64,000 nucleotides of DNA from Roseithermus sacchariphilus. GTDB taxonomy: Bacteria > Bacteroidota > Rhodothermia > Rhodothermales > MEBIC09517. Shown piece after piece: positions 27,931 through 38,197 of this stretch. Position 1 is the stretch's first letter; each line of letters opens with the position of its first letter. Under the pieces are notes generated by a model, which saw only the letters and a list, made by a program, of their open reading frames with translations, was not told the origin of the DNA and searched no databases. Position numbers and translations under genes: made by a program. The stretch covers positions 851,447 through 915,446 of the forward strand of contig CP030158.1 of the NCBI GenBank assembly GCA_003285105.1. Direction: 5' to 3'.

Positions 27931-29325
27931 ATGAAACACGTATCCATGCTCAAACGCGCGCTGTTGCTGCTGGCCCTCGGGCTGGGCGTCGGCGCGACGC
28001 CGGTGCTGGCGCAGGAGGCGCCGACGCCGGAGTACATCATGTGGACGCTGAACAACCTCTGGATCATGCTGTCCGGCGCCCTGGTGTTCATCATGCACCT
28101 CGGCTTCGCCACGCTGGAATCCGGGCTGACGCAGTCCAAAAACACGGTCAACATCCTGTTCAAGAACGCGATGATCATCTGCATCGGGGTGTTGACCTAT
28201 GCCCTCATCGGCTTCAACCTGATGTATCCGGGGGATTTCAACGGCTTCCTGTCCTTCGCCGCCGTGCCCGGGTTCATCTCCATCGACCCCTCGGACGCCG
28301 AGGCCGTGGCGGCGAGCCTGACGCCGGCCTACAACGAGGGGTACACCTGGTACACCGACTTCTTCTTCCAGGCGATGTTCGCGGCCACGGCCGCCACGAT
28401 CGTCTCGGGGGCGGTCGCCGGGCGCATCAAGCTGTCGAGCTTCCTGGTCTTCGCCACGCTGTTCGTCTCGCTCAGCTACCCGATCACGGGTGCCTGGAAG
28501 TGGGGTGGCGGCTGGCTGGACGGCCTCGGCTTCTATGACTTCGCCGGCTCGACGCTGGTGCACTCCGTCGGCGGATGGGGCGCGCTGGTGCTGGCGGCGA
28601 TGCTGGGGCCGCGCCTCGGGAAGTATGGCAAGGACGGCTCGGTCAACGTCATCCCGGCGAGCAACCTGCCGCTGGCGGCCATCGGCGTCTTCCTGCTGTG
28701 GTTCGGCTGGTTCGGCTTCAACGGGGGCTCGGTGCTCTCGGCCGATGCCGCCACCGTCTCGCTGGTGCTGGTGACCACCTCGATGGCCGCCGCCGCGGGG
28801 GGCCTCACCACGGGCATCGTGTCGTGGCTGCGGGACACGAAGCCGGACCTCAGCATGGCCCTCAACGGCATTCTGGCCGGCCTCGTCGGCATCACCGCCG
28901 GCGCGGATCAGATGATGGTCTGGGAAGCCGTGGTCATCGGCATGGTCGCCGGCGTGCTGGTGTACTTCTCCGTGATCTTCGTCGACCAGAAGCTGAAGAT
29001 CGACGACCCCGTCGGGGCCATCAGCGTGCACCTGGTGTGCGGCATCTGGGGCACCCTGGCGGTGGGGATCTTCGGGCAGCTGGCCGGCCTGCCGCAGCTC
29101 GGCTATCAGCTCGTCGGGATCCTGGCGATCGGGGCCTTCACCGTGATCTTCTGCCTGCTCGTCGGCTTCCTCGTCAAGGCGACCATGGGCCTGCGCGTCG
29201 ATGCACACGAAGAGACGATCGGGCTGGATGTGGGCGAACACGGCATGCATGCCTATCCGGACTTCCTCATCAGCGGGAACGGGGTGCTGGAGTCCGAGAG
29301 CGAGAAGGTGCTCGCCGGAGCCTGA
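27931..29325 (+). CDS. amtB: Ammonium transporter.
   Basis: Signal peptide plus 11 transmembrane segments. Amt signatures LNNLWIMLSGALVFIMHLGFA...DFAGSTLVHSVGGW... Confidence 0.93.
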   Translation: MKHVSMLKRALLLLALGLGVGATPVLAQEAPTPEYIMWTLNNLWIMLSGALVFIMHLGFATLESGLTQSKNTVNILFKNAMIICIGVLTYALIGFNLMYPGDFNGFLSFAAVPGFISIDPSDAEAVAASLTPAYNEGYTWYTDFFFQAMFAATAATIVSGAVAGRIKLSSFLVFATLFVSLSYPITGAWKWGGGWLDGLGFYDFAGSTLVHSVGGWGALVLAAMLGPRLGKYGKDGSVNVIPASNLPLAAIGVFLLWFGWFGFNGGSVLSADAATVSLVLVTTSMAAAAGGLTTGIVSWLRDTKPDLSMALNGILAGLVGITAGADQMMVWEAVVIGMVAGVLVYFSVIFVDQKLKIDDPVGAISVHLVCGIWGTLAVGIFGQLAGLPQLGYQLVGILAIGAFTVIFCLLVGFLVKATMGLRVDAHEETIGLDVGEHGMHAYPDFLISGNGVLESESEKVLAGA

Positions 29326-29435
29326 GGCCGTCGCGGCCGCGCGTGCCGGTCGGCCCGACGGGCTGGCATGTGCGCGCGGCAACGCGTACGCTTCATAACG
29401 CCTTCGTCCTCCATCCAACCAGACCCTCGATAGCC

Positions 29436-29786
29436 ATGAAGCTCATCAAAGCCATCATTCGCCCGGAGAAGCTGCACGACGTGCTGCACGCTCTCTACGA
29501 TGCCGACGTCCACGGCCTCACGGCCCTGCCGTGCAAGGGGCACGGAGGAGAGCCCGAGATGCAGGAGGTGTACCGGGGTTCGACCATCAAGCGCGAACTG
29601 ATCGACAAGGTCCTGCTCGAAATCGGCGTATCCGAATCGTTCGTCGAGAAGACCGTGCAGACCATCATGGAAGCGGCCCGCACGGGCGAGGTCGGAGACG
29701 GCAAGATCTTCGTCCTGCCGGTCGAGAAGATCTACCGGATCCGCACCGGCGAGGTGGATCAGGCGGCGGTGACGCCGATCCGCTAG
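29436..29786 (+). CDS. glnK: P-II nitrogen regulatory protein (GlnB/GlnK family).
   Basis: 116 aa. MKLIKAIIRPEKLHDV...YRGS T-loop. Immediately downstream of amtB. Confidence 0.9.
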   Translation: MKLIKAIIRPEKLHDVLHALYDADVHGLTALPCKGHGGEPEMQEVYRGSTIKRELIDKVLLEIGVSESFVEKTVQTIMEAARTGEVGDGKIFVLPVEKIYRIRTGEVDQAAVTPIR

Positions 29787-30072
29787 CCACCGCCCGGCCG
29801 GCGCCGCGCCCCGGCGGCCTCGACCGGACCATGACCGCATTGGCAGGGCCGTTCCGGACGACGGGGCGGCCCTGTCTGCATTCAGGCCCGTCTGCATTCA
29901 GGAAATGCCTGATAAACGAATCCGTGCGGGGCTCACACCCGATGACCGGCGTTCACGTACGGCACGGCGGCCGACGCACCGGTACGATGATCCTGCGCGC
30001 CGCCCCGTTCGCCCCCAACCGGGCGGCACCCTGTGAACCAGCCATTGCCGCGCAGGCAAGGAGGAGGTCGCG

Positions 30073-30543
30073 ATGCCGGTGCAGAAACTCAAGCAATTCC
30101 TGGATGAGCACGGCGTGAAGTACGTGGTCATCAGCCACTCACGGGCGTTCACGGCGCAGGAGGTCGCCGCGTCCGCCCACATCCCGGGCCGGGAGTTTGC
30201 CAAGACCGTCATCGTCGAGCGGGACGGAGAGATGGCGATGGCCGTCCTGCCGGCTTCGTTCCAGGTGGACCTGGACCTGATCCGGGAGGCGACGGGCGCG
30301 CGGACGGTGCGCCTCGTCAGCGAAGCCGAATTTCGGGATCGCTTCCCCGGCTGCGAGGTCGGGGCGATGCCGCCCTTTGGCAACCTCTACGGCATGGACG
30401 TCTTCGTCGCCCAGCGGCTGACCGAAGACGAGACGATTGCCTTCAATGCGGGGTCGCACACCGAGGTGATCCGCATGGGGTATGCCGACTTTGCCCGGCT
30501 CGTCAACCCCGTCGTCATTCCGATGGTGCTCGAAACGGCCTGA
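30073..30543 (+). CDS. ybaK: YbaK/ProX-type aminoacyl-tRNA deacylase domain protein.
   Basis: 156 aa. YbaK fold motifs ...AKTVIVERDG...MAVLP...GAMPPFGN... Confidence 0.75.
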   Translation: MPVQKLKQFLDEHGVKYVVISHSRAFTAQEVAASAHIPGREFAKTVIVERDGEMAMAVLPASFQVDLDLIREATGARTVRLVSEAEFRDRFPGCEVGAMPPFGNLYGMDVFVAQRLTEDETIAFNAGSHTEVIRMGYADFARLVNPVVIPMVLETA

Positions 30544-30698
30544 GCCGGGTGGTTCGGGCGAGGAGGGATAGCCGGGCGTCATCCCGTGGGCCGTCCTCCG
30601 CGCTGCGGGGGGCGGCCTTTTGTGCGAGGCCGCCACGTTGATCCCGAGCGCAACCGCCCCTATAATGCGGACGTAGCCCGAGGAGATCACCCGCCGCG

Positions 30699-31286
30699 TT
30701 GCCGATGGATACCGTCTACCTGATCTGCCTCATCGTCGGCGGCTTCTTCACGCTGCTGTCCATCTTCGGCGGCGACGCCGACGCCGATGTGGACGTGGAC
30801 GTAGACCTCGACGTGGACGTAGACCTCGACGTGGACGCCGACGCCGCGTTCGACGCCGAGGCCCCGGCGGGCGGAGCCGGACCGGGCTTCCTGGACCTGC
30901 TCTCGTTCCGGGCGTTGCTGCTCTTCGTCACCTTCTTCGGGCTGACCGGCACGCTGTTCTCCCTGACCGACACCGGCGAGCCGCGAACGGCACTCTACGC
31001 GACCCTCATGGGCGTGATCGCCGCGCTGGGCGGCAACTACGTTCTCAAGCGCTTCGCCTACGAGCACGTCTCCAGCACCATCGGGCCGGACGACGTGTGC
31101 GGGCGGACGGCCCGGGTGCTGCTGCCCTTCGACGCCGGCGAGAAAGGCAAAATCGAGGTGGACGTCAAAGGCAAGCGCCTGCACCTCATCGCCCGGTCCG
31201 ACGAGAACCGGCCCTTCCGCCGCAACGACGAGGTCGTCGTGGTGCGCATGGACGGCACCGTCGCCGACGTCGTCAAACCCGACTGA
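30699..31286 (+). CDS. NfeD-family membrane protein with a C-terminal OB-fold, partner of flotillin.
   Basis: N-terminal transmembrane helices and an acidic DVDVDLDVDVD linker. C-terminal beta-rich domain. Immediately upstream of the SPFH protein. Confidence 0.75.
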   Translation: MPMDTVYLICLIVGGFFTLLSIFGGDADADVDVDVDLDVDVDLDVDADAAFDAEAPAGGAGPGFLDLLSFRALLLFVTFFGLTGTLFSLTDTGEPRTALYATLMGVIAALGGNYVLKRFAYEHVSSTIGPDDVCGRTARVLLPFDAGEKGKIEVDVKGKRLHLIARSDENRPFRRNDEVVVVRMDGTVADVVKPD

Positions 31287-31354
31287 CCCTCGCTCCTGAC
31301 CGGATCGCTTCGGTCCTGCCCGGTTTTCCCTTCTTTCGTTCACCAGGAGATTCC

Positions 31355-32647
31355 ATGGACATCACCACCCTTGTCATCTGGGCCGGTTCGCTCATCGCCC
31401 TCGGGCTCGTGTTGATCGGCTTCGTGCGAGCCAACCTCAAGATCTGCCAGCCCAACGAGGTGCTCATCTTCAGCGGCCGGAAGCGGGTGTTGCCCGATGG
31501 CAGCATCCTCGGCTACCGCGTCATTCAGGGCGGGCGCGGCTTTCGCATCCCCATCATCGAGCAGGTGGATCGGCTCGACCTGACGACCATCCCGATCGAC
31601 CTGACGGTCACCAATGCCTATTCGAAAGGCGGCATCCCGCTGACGGTCCGGGCCATCGCTAACGTGAAGGTGGCCTCGAACGAACCGCACCTGAACAACG
31701 CCGTGGAGCGGTTGCTGGGTAAGCCGCGGGCAGAGATCCAGACCATTGCGAAGGAGACGCTGGAGGGCAACCTGCGCGGCGTGCTGGCGCTGCTGACGCC
31801 GGAGGAGGTCAACGAGGACCGGCTCAAGTTTGCCAAGGAGCTGCTCGAGGAGGCCGAGGGGGACCTGAACGCGCTCGGCTTGCAGCTGGACACGCTCAAG
31901 ATCCAGAGCGTGGAGGACGACCGGGGCTACCTCGATGCCATCGGGCGGCAGCAGACGGCCCACATCATCGCCGCCGCCGAGATTGCCGAGGCGGACAAGC
32001 AGGAGCAGGCTCGCCTGGCCCAGGCCCGGGCGGACAAGTCGATTGCCGAGGCCGAGAACGAGGTGCGTCTGGTGAGGGCCCGGCTGGCGGCTCAGGCCGA
32101 GGCCGAGGAGGCGAAGGTGTCCGTCGCCGCCCGTGTGGCCGAGGCGACGGCGGAGCAGGAGCTGGCCGAGCAGGAGATCGCGCTGGCCGAGAAGCGGCAA
32201 CGGGCGGCCATCGTCGTCCGGGCCGAGGCCGAGCGGCGCGCCAAGGAGGAGATCGCCAAGGGCGATGCGGCGCGCATCATCGAAGACGGCCAGGCCGAGG
32301 TGGAGGTGCTGCGGCAGAAGCTGGAGCTGTGGAAGCAGGCCGGACCGGATGCCGAGCGGCTGTTCCTCATCCAGATGCTCCCCGAGATCCTCAAACAGGT
32401 CGTCAGCACCGTGGACAACCTCAAGATCGACCGGATCACGGTGGTGGACAGCGGGCAGGGGGGGGCCGGGGGCCACGGTGTGCCGGCGGTGTTCAGCCAG
32501 ATCGCCGGGGCCACGCCCGCGCTGCTGGAGAGCCTGAAGACCTCCACCGGCATCGACATCGCCGGGATGCTCAGCCGGGCGGCCAGCGCCCGCCCGGAGC
32601 CCCCCGCCCCGGCGACGGACAGCCGGGCTGAGGGCGCGGCCGCGTGA
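31355..32647 (+). CDS. Flotillin-like SPFH/band-7 protein.
   Basis: N-terminal transmembrane segment, SPFH core, then a long EA-rich coiled coil (AEAEEAKVSVAARVAEATAEQELAEQE...). RBS AGGAGA precedes the ATG. Confidence 0.85.
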   Translation: MDITTLVIWAGSLIALGLVLIGFVRANLKICQPNEVLIFSGRKRVLPDGSILGYRVIQGGRGFRIPIIEQVDRLDLTTIPIDLTVTNAYSKGGIPLTVRAIANVKVASNEPHLNNAVERLLGKPRAEIQTIAKETLEGNLRGVLALLTPEEVNEDRLKFAKELLEEAEGDLNALGLQLDTLKIQSVEDDRGYLDAIGRQQTAHIIAAAEIAEADKQEQARLAQARADKSIAEAENEVRLVRARLAAQAEAEEAKVSVAARVAEATAEQELAEQEIALAEKRQRAAIVVRAEAERRAKEEIAKGDAARIIEDGQAEVEVLRQKLELWKQAGPDAERLFLIQMLPEILKQVVSTVDNLKIDRITVVDSGQGGAGGHGVPAVFSQIAGATPALLESLKTSTGIDIAGMLSRAASARPEPPAPATDSRAEGAAA

Positions 32648-32847
32648 AGAACCTGAAAAAAATTCTGCATCTCACCCGTTGTCCGATCTGGCCACCGATG
32701 AGGGTAAGGCTTTGTCCGGCAACGGATTGAGGCGGCATGACGGAGCGCGGCGGTCCGAGCCGTGGTCCCCGCAGAGGGCCTTGTGGATGAGTCCCACACG
32801 CCAGTAATTCCCGCAACGCCTGATTGTTTTCGCTTCGAGAGCCACCC

Positions 32848-35800
32848 ATGAGATACGTTGTACGGTTGGTCGCACTGGTGGGGATGGGCCTGGTGTTCAT
32901 CCCCTCCGCCTGGGCCCAGGCGGGTAAGATTGCCGGCCGCGTCACCGATGCGTCGACCGGCGAGCCCCTGCCCGGCGTCAACGTCGTGGTCGTGGGCAGC
33001 ACCCAGGGCAGCACGACGGATGTGGACGGCTATTACAACATCCTCAACGTGCCGCCCGGCACGTACCGGCTGCGGGCCTCCTTCATCGGCTTTACGCCGC
33101 AGGTCGTCGAAGACGTGCGCGTCAACATCGACCTGACGACGACCATCAACTTCGCGCTACAGGAGGAGGTGATCCAGGGCGAGGAGGTGGTGGTGACGGC
33201 GCAGCGTCCGGTCGTGCAGCCGGACCTGTCGGCCAGCATGGCCTCGGTGACGGCCGAGAAGATCGAGCAGCTACCGGTGTCGAGCGTGACGGCGGTGGTC
33301 GGGTTGCAGGCCGGCATCCAGGGCCTGTCCGTGCGCGGCAGCGGGGCGGACGAACTGGCCTTCAACCTGAATGGCCTGACCCTGCGGGACGAGCGGGACA
33401 ACACGCCCTACACCTCGATCAGCCTGGCCTCGGTGCAGGAAGTGCAGGTGCAGACGGGCGGGTTCAACGCCGAGTACGGCAACGTGCGCTCCGGCGTGAT
33501 CAACGTGGTCACCAAGGAGGGCACGGCGTCCCGGTACGAGGTGGATGCCATCCTGCGCTACAGCCCGCCCGCCCAGAAACACTTCGGCCCGCCGGCCAAC
33601 GACCCGAATTCCTACTGGATCCGCCCGTTCCTCGACCCCGAGGTGGCCTGGACCGGGACCAAGAACGGGGCCTGGGATCAGGCGACGCAGGATCAGTACC
33701 CCGAGTTCGACGGCTGGATCGCCGAGTCGGAGAAGCGCCTCAACGATGACGATCCGACCAACGACCTCTCTCCGCAGGCCCTGCAGGAGGCCTTCCGCTG
33801 GCAATTCCGCAAGGAGATGGAGATCGTCGAGCCCGACTACGTGGTGGACGTCGGCGTGGGCGGGCCGGTCCCGCTGGTCTCCAGCCGGCTGGGCAATGCC
33901 CGGTTCTACGCCGCCTACCGGGAAGACCAGGAGATGTATCTGATCCCCCTCTCGCGCGACCGCTACAAGGACCGCAGCGGCCATCTCAAGCTGACCTCGG
34001 ACATCGGCCCGGGGATGAAGCTGAGCCTGGAGGCCCTCCTCGGCCAGACGACGGGCACGGCCAGCAGCCGCTCGGGCCAGCCGGGCATCTTCCGCTCGGC
34101 CTTCAGCATCGCCAGCCAGATGGACCGGGTCAGCTTCATCGACACCCGCATCTTCTCCACCGACTACTGGGCGCCGACGACGGTGCGCCGCAACATGCAG
34201 GGGGCCAAGTTCACCCACGCCCTCGACGCGAACACGTACTACGAGGTGCGGCTGACGCGCTTCGAGTCCCGCTACGACACCAACCCCGGCCGTCCGCGCG
34301 ACAACACCCCGGTCGTCTTCTTCGGCGGCGTCGGCTTCGACGAGGCGCCCTTCGGCTTCGAGGACGAGCCGACCAACGCGGTCACCGGCATGCGCACGGG
34401 CGTCGGGATGAGCAATGCCCGTGACACGAGCCGGGTGACGGTCTGGAACCTCAAGGGGGATTTCACCCGGCAGGTCAACCGCTTCCTCCAGGTCAAGACC
34501 GGGCTGGAGTACAACCTGACCGACAGCAAGGTGCGTTACGGGCAGTTCGACGCGTTCCTGCCCAGCAGCAACCTCGTCTCCCAGTGGGATCGCCAGCCCA
34601 CGCGGGGGGCGGCCTACGCCCAGGGCAAGCTCGAATTCCAGGGCATGATCGCCAACCTGGGGCTGCGCCTGGACTACTTCCGGGCCGGGGGCACGTGGTA
34701 CGACATCGAGGACAACCCGTTCTCGCCGGGCTTCCGCTCGCCGGCGGCGCTGGATACGCTCCTGGGCGGCGAGCCCACGCGGGCCGTCGTCTCGCTGAGC
34801 CCGCGCCTGGGCGTGTCCTTCCCGGTGACCTCCTTCAGCAAGCTGTTCGTCAACTACGGGCACTTCCGGGCCATCCCCAACCCCAACGACCTGTTCCTGG
34901 TCGAGTACTTCCCGCAGACCGGCCAGCTCAGCCAGCTTGCCGATCCGAACAACCCGCTGCCGAAGACCATCGCCTACGAACTGGGGTATGAGCACGCGCT
35001 GTTCGACCAGTTCCTGGTTCGTGCCGCCGGCTACTACAAGGACGTCTCGCTCCAGCCGCGCCTGGTCAACTACATCAGCCGGGACGGACAGGTGGACTAC
35101 TTCGTGAGCGAGCCGCTGTCCTACGAGGACATCCGCGGCTTTGAGCTGACGCTGGCACGCAACCGGGGCCGGTGGATCCAGGGCTTCGTGAACTACACCT
35201 ACATGGTGTTCACGAGCGGCTACTTCGGATTCCGGCAGGTCAACGAGAATCCGACCGTGCAGCGCCAGTTCGAGGAGAGCGACGCCGAGCGCCGGGCCGC
35301 CTCGTCCCGTCCGGTGCCTCAGCCTTACGGCCGGCTCAACATCGACGTGCTGGTGCCGCCCCGGATCGGGCCGGAGTTCGCCGGCGTCCATCCGCTGGCG
35401 AACTGGCGCCTCAGCTTCATCGGCCGCTGGCAGAAAGGGAGCGCGTTCACGTGGACGGGCGGCGGCTCCATCCCCGGCATCGTCAACAACGTGCGCTTCC
35501 GGGACTCCTACGCGCTGGACCTGCGCGTGACCCGCGACTTCGACCTCGGCAACGCCCGCCTTCAGTTCTTCATGGACGTCAACAACCTGCTCAACCGCAA
35601 GGAGATGTCCTTCAGCGGCATGGTCGACGGCAACGACTACCTGGCCTACATGCGCTCGCTCCACCTGCCGGCCTCGGACGCCTACGGCAACATCCCCGGC
35701 AACGACAAGCCGGGCGATTACCGGGACTACGACGTGCCCTTCGTGCCGATCGACCCGGTGACGACGCGCAGCCAGGTGGGCAGCCCGGATCCGACCCGCA

Positions 35801-35982
35801 TCTACTACGAGCGGGACTCCGGCCAGTACCTGGAATACGTCGGCGGAGCCTGGCAGCAGGTGCCCTCCGATCGCATGGAGCAGATCCTGGAGGACAAGGC
35901 GTACATCGACATGCCGAACATGAGCTACTTCACGTTCCTCAACCCGCGGGACGTGTACTTCGGGCTCCGCCTCAACTTCTGA
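32848..35982 (+). CDS. TonB-dependent outer-membrane receptor with an N-terminal carboxypeptidase-regulatory-like domain.
   Basis: Signal peptide. GRVTDASTGEPLPGVNVVVVGSTQGSTTDVDGYYNI (CarbopepD_reg). Plug motif. About 1,040 aa barrel with a C-terminal terminal F. Confidence 0.85.
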   Translation: MRYVVRLVALVGMGLVFIPSAWAQAGKIAGRVTDASTGEPLPGVNVVVVGSTQGSTTDVDGYYNILNVPPGTYRLRASFIGFTPQVVEDVRVNIDLTTTINFALQEEVIQGEEVVVTAQRPVVQPDLSASMASVTAEKIEQLPVSSVTAVVGLQAGIQGLSVRGSGADELAFNLNGLTLRDERDNTPYTSISLASVQEVQVQTGGFNAEYGNVRSGVINVVTKEGTASRYEVDAILRYSPPAQKHFGPPANDPNSYWIRPFLDPEVAWTGTKNGAWDQATQDQYPEFDGWIAESEKRLNDDDPTNDLSPQALQEAFRWQFRKEMEIVEPDYVVDVGVGGPVPLVSSRLGNARFYAAYREDQEMYLIPLSRDRYKDRSGHLKLTSDIGPGMKLSLEALLGQTTGTASSRSGQPGIFRSAFSIASQMDRVSFIDTRIFSTDYWAPTTVRRNMQGAKFTHALDANTYYEVRLTRFESRYDTNPGRPRDNTPVVFFGGVGFDEAPFGFEDEPTNAVTGMRTGVGMSNARDTSRVTVWNLKGDFTRQVNRFLQVKTGLEYNLTDSKVRYGQFDAFLPSSNLVSQWDRQPTRGAAYAQGKLEFQGMIANLGLRLDYFRAGGTWYDIEDNPFSPGFRSPAALDTLLGGEPTRAVVSLSPRLGVSFPVTSFSKLFVNYGHFRAIPNPNDLFLVEYFPQTGQLSQLADPNNPLPKTIAYELGYEHALFDQFLVRAAGYYKDVSLQPRLVNYISRDGQVDYFVSEPLSYEDIRGFELTLARNRGRWIQGFVNYTYMVFTSGYFGFRQVNENPTVQRQFEESDAERRAASSRPVPQPYGRLNIDVLVPPRIGPEFAGVHPLANWRLSFIGRWQKGSAFTWTGGGSIPGIVNNVRFRDSYALDLRVTRDFDLGNARLQFFMDVNNLLNRKEMSFSGMVDGNDYLAYMRSLHLPASDAYGNIPGNDKPGDYRDYDVPFVPIDPVTTRSQVGSPDPTRIYYERDSGQYLEYVGGAWQQVPSDRMEQILEDKAYIDMPNMSYFTFLNPRDVYFGLRLNF

Positions 35983-36051
35983 GCGCCTCCGCACGGCCGG
36001 GAGGCACCCGCGCCGCCGCGCTTCGCTCTTCGTTCGACCCCCACTTCGCTT

Positions 36052-38193
36052 ATGACCCGCATGGTGACGTTGCGACGTTCGGTGCTGCTGTTGCTGGCGC
36101 TGCTGCCGGCCGTGGCGGCACACGCGCAGTTCGATAAAAAATGGCTCTCGGCCGGCTCGCTCCACAACTGGTTCTCGTCCGTCGGCTTCGAGGTCGAATC
36201 CCAGGGGTTCGTCGGCTCGCAGCAGGACGGCATGCGCTGGCCCGGCATCTACCGCTACACGGACATGCAGGCCGCCAAAGGGCTCTGGATCGGCGCGCGC
36301 AACGTGACGGACGACATCGGCACGACCTACGAGACGCGCGTCGTCCACGTCGGGCCGCGCGTGACGGGGGCCGACGAGTTCTTCCCGGTTCGCTTCGAGC
36401 TGGTCACCCGCTACCCCCTGCCGGAGGTCTACGTCGACGGCTTCCTCTCCGAGGGCCTCTCGCCGATGGCCGTCGACCGGGTGGACCCCGACCTGGAGGC
36501 CGACGCGGTGCTGATCAACGAGGTGAACACGCTGCTGGGGCTGACCATGCGCCGCCGTATCCTCCAGTTCAGCCAGGAGTTCCACGACAACTACCACATC
36601 CACGAATACACGTTCACCAACACGGGCAACACCGACGGCGACCCGGACATCGAGCGGCCCGATCAGACGCTGGAGGATGTCTTCGTCTTTTTGCAGTGGC
36701 GCTGGTCGGTGGCCAAGGAGACGCGCTACATCATCGGCAACGCCTCGGGCTGGGGCATCAACACGATGATCGACACGTGGGGCGACGGCGAGAACGATGA
36801 CATGCCCGACGGCGGGCCGGTCGTGCGCGCGCAGTATGCCTGGCACGGCTACTGGCCCGACAAGGCGGTGGCCTACAACAACATGGGCGGCCCCATCCTG
36901 CCCGAGGCCCTGCCCGACCCCGGCGGACAGATCGCCTCGACCGATACGCTGGGCCGCCTCGGGGCCTCGCAGTTCATCGGCGCGGTGACGCTCCACGCCG
37001 ATGCCGCCGCGGGCAACCCCACCGACGACCCGGCTCAGCCGGCGGTGGTAGCGTGGATCGGGTCGGACGACAACTATCTGTCCAACAACGATGCCTTCAA
37101 CCCGATCAAGATGCAGCAGGAGTACCGCATCATGTCCGGGCAGGGGGGCATTCAGAGCGGCGGGTATGCGGCGCCCTCGCACGCCTATGTGGTGGCTTCC
37201 GGCGGACCGGCGGACTGGATCCGGCCGCACGCGGCACCCAACCGGGGCACGTCGGGCGGCTTCTCGGCGGCGAACGGCTACGGTCCCTACACCCTGGCCC
37301 CCGGAGAGAGCGTCACGATCGTCATTGCCGAGGCGGCGGCGGGGCTGAGCCGGGAAGCCAACGAGGCCATCGGTCGCGCCTACAAGCTCTCCGGCGCCAA
37401 CGACGACGCGCTGATCGAGTATGCCGGGCAGAGCATGACGAAGAACGAGTGGGTCTTCACCGGCCGCGATTCGCTGCTGCAGACCTTCCGGCGGGCTATA
37501 GCCAACTACGCATCGGGCTATGCCGTGCCCCGGCCACCGGCCCCCCCGAGCACCTTCCTCGTCAACTCCGGCGGCGACCGCATCGCGCTGGAGTGGGACT
37601 ATCCGGCCGGCGAGCCGGTGCCGGACCGCTTCGAGATCTACCGCGCCTCCGGCCGCTACGACAGCACCTACACCCGGATCGCGGAGGTGCCGGGCACGGC
37701 CACGTCGTACGACGACGTGAGCGAGGACGACGGCGAGCCCATCCGGGGCATCGACTATTACTACTACGTCGTCGCCGTCCGCGACAACGCCAGCGACGGC
37801 AGCGTGGGGACGCCGGCCGGGCCGCTGCGCAGCAGCCGCTATTTCACGCAGACCTACACGCCGGCACGGCTCAAACGGCCGGCGGGCCAGAGCCTGAGCG
37901 AGATCGCCATCGTCCCCAACCCCTACAACATCGGCTCCTCGCCCGACGTGCGCTGGCCGGACCAGACCGACAAGCTCGGCTTCCTCAACATCCCGGGCCG
38001 CTGCCGCATCGAGATCTACACGGAGACGGGCGAGCTGGTCGACACCATCCTGCACGAGGACGGCAGCGGCGACGCCTTCTGGGACCACACGACCTCGGCG
38101 CGCCAGGTGATCGTGAGCGGCCTGTACATTGCCGTCATCACGGACCTGGAGACGGGGGAGCGGGCCTTCGAGAAGTTCATCATCATCCGCTAG
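36052..38193 (+). CDS. Secreted hypothetical protein with an Fn3-like domain and a T9SS-CTD-like C-terminal beta-sandwich.
   Basis: Signal peptide MTRMVTLRRSVLLLLALLPAVAAHAQ. The C-terminus ...IEIYTETGELVDTILHEDGSGDAFWDHTTSARQVIVSGLYIAVITD... has the profile of a sorting domain but lacks the NPFNP box. Confidence 0.5.
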   Translation: MTRMVTLRRSVLLLLALLPAVAAHAQFDKKWLSAGSLHNWFSSVGFEVESQGFVGSQQDGMRWPGIYRYTDMQAAKGLWIGARNVTDDIGTTYETRVVHVGPRVTGADEFFPVRFELVTRYPLPEVYVDGFLSEGLSPMAVDRVDPDLEADAVLINEVNTLLGLTMRRRILQFSQEFHDNYHIHEYTFTNTGNTDGDPDIERPDQTLEDVFVFLQWRWSVAKETRYIIGNASGWGINTMIDTWGDGENDDMPDGGPVVRAQYAWHGYWPDKAVAYNNMGGPILPEALPDPGGQIASTDTLGRLGASQFIGAVTLHADAAAGNPTDDPAQPAVVAWIGSDDNYLSNNDAFNPIKMQQEYRIMSGQGGIQSGGYAAPSHAYVVASGGPADWIRPHAAPNRGTSGGFSAANGYGPYTLAPGESVTIVIAEAAAGLSREANEAIGRAYKLSGANDDALIEYAGQSMTKNEWVFTGRDSLLQTFRRAIANYASGYAVPRPPAPPSTFLVNSGGDRIALEWDYPAGEPVPDRFEIYRASGRYDSTYTRIAEVPGTATSYDDVSEDDGEPIRGIDYYYYVVAVRDNASDGSVGTPAGPLRSSRYFTQTYTPARLKRPAGQSLSEIAIVPNPYNIGSSPDVRWPDQTDKLGFLNIPGRCRIEIYTETGELVDTILHEDGSGDAFWDHTTSARQVIVSGLYIAVITDLETGERAFEKFIIIR

Positions 38194-38197
38194 CGCT

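Noticed and set aside
29786-30072. Short direct duplication gtctgcattcagg x2 and a GC-rich hairpin after glnK as a terminator
   Set aside because: The hairpin is not followed by a T-tract, and the duplication is a single 13-bp copy pair. There is insufficient evidence for a functional element.
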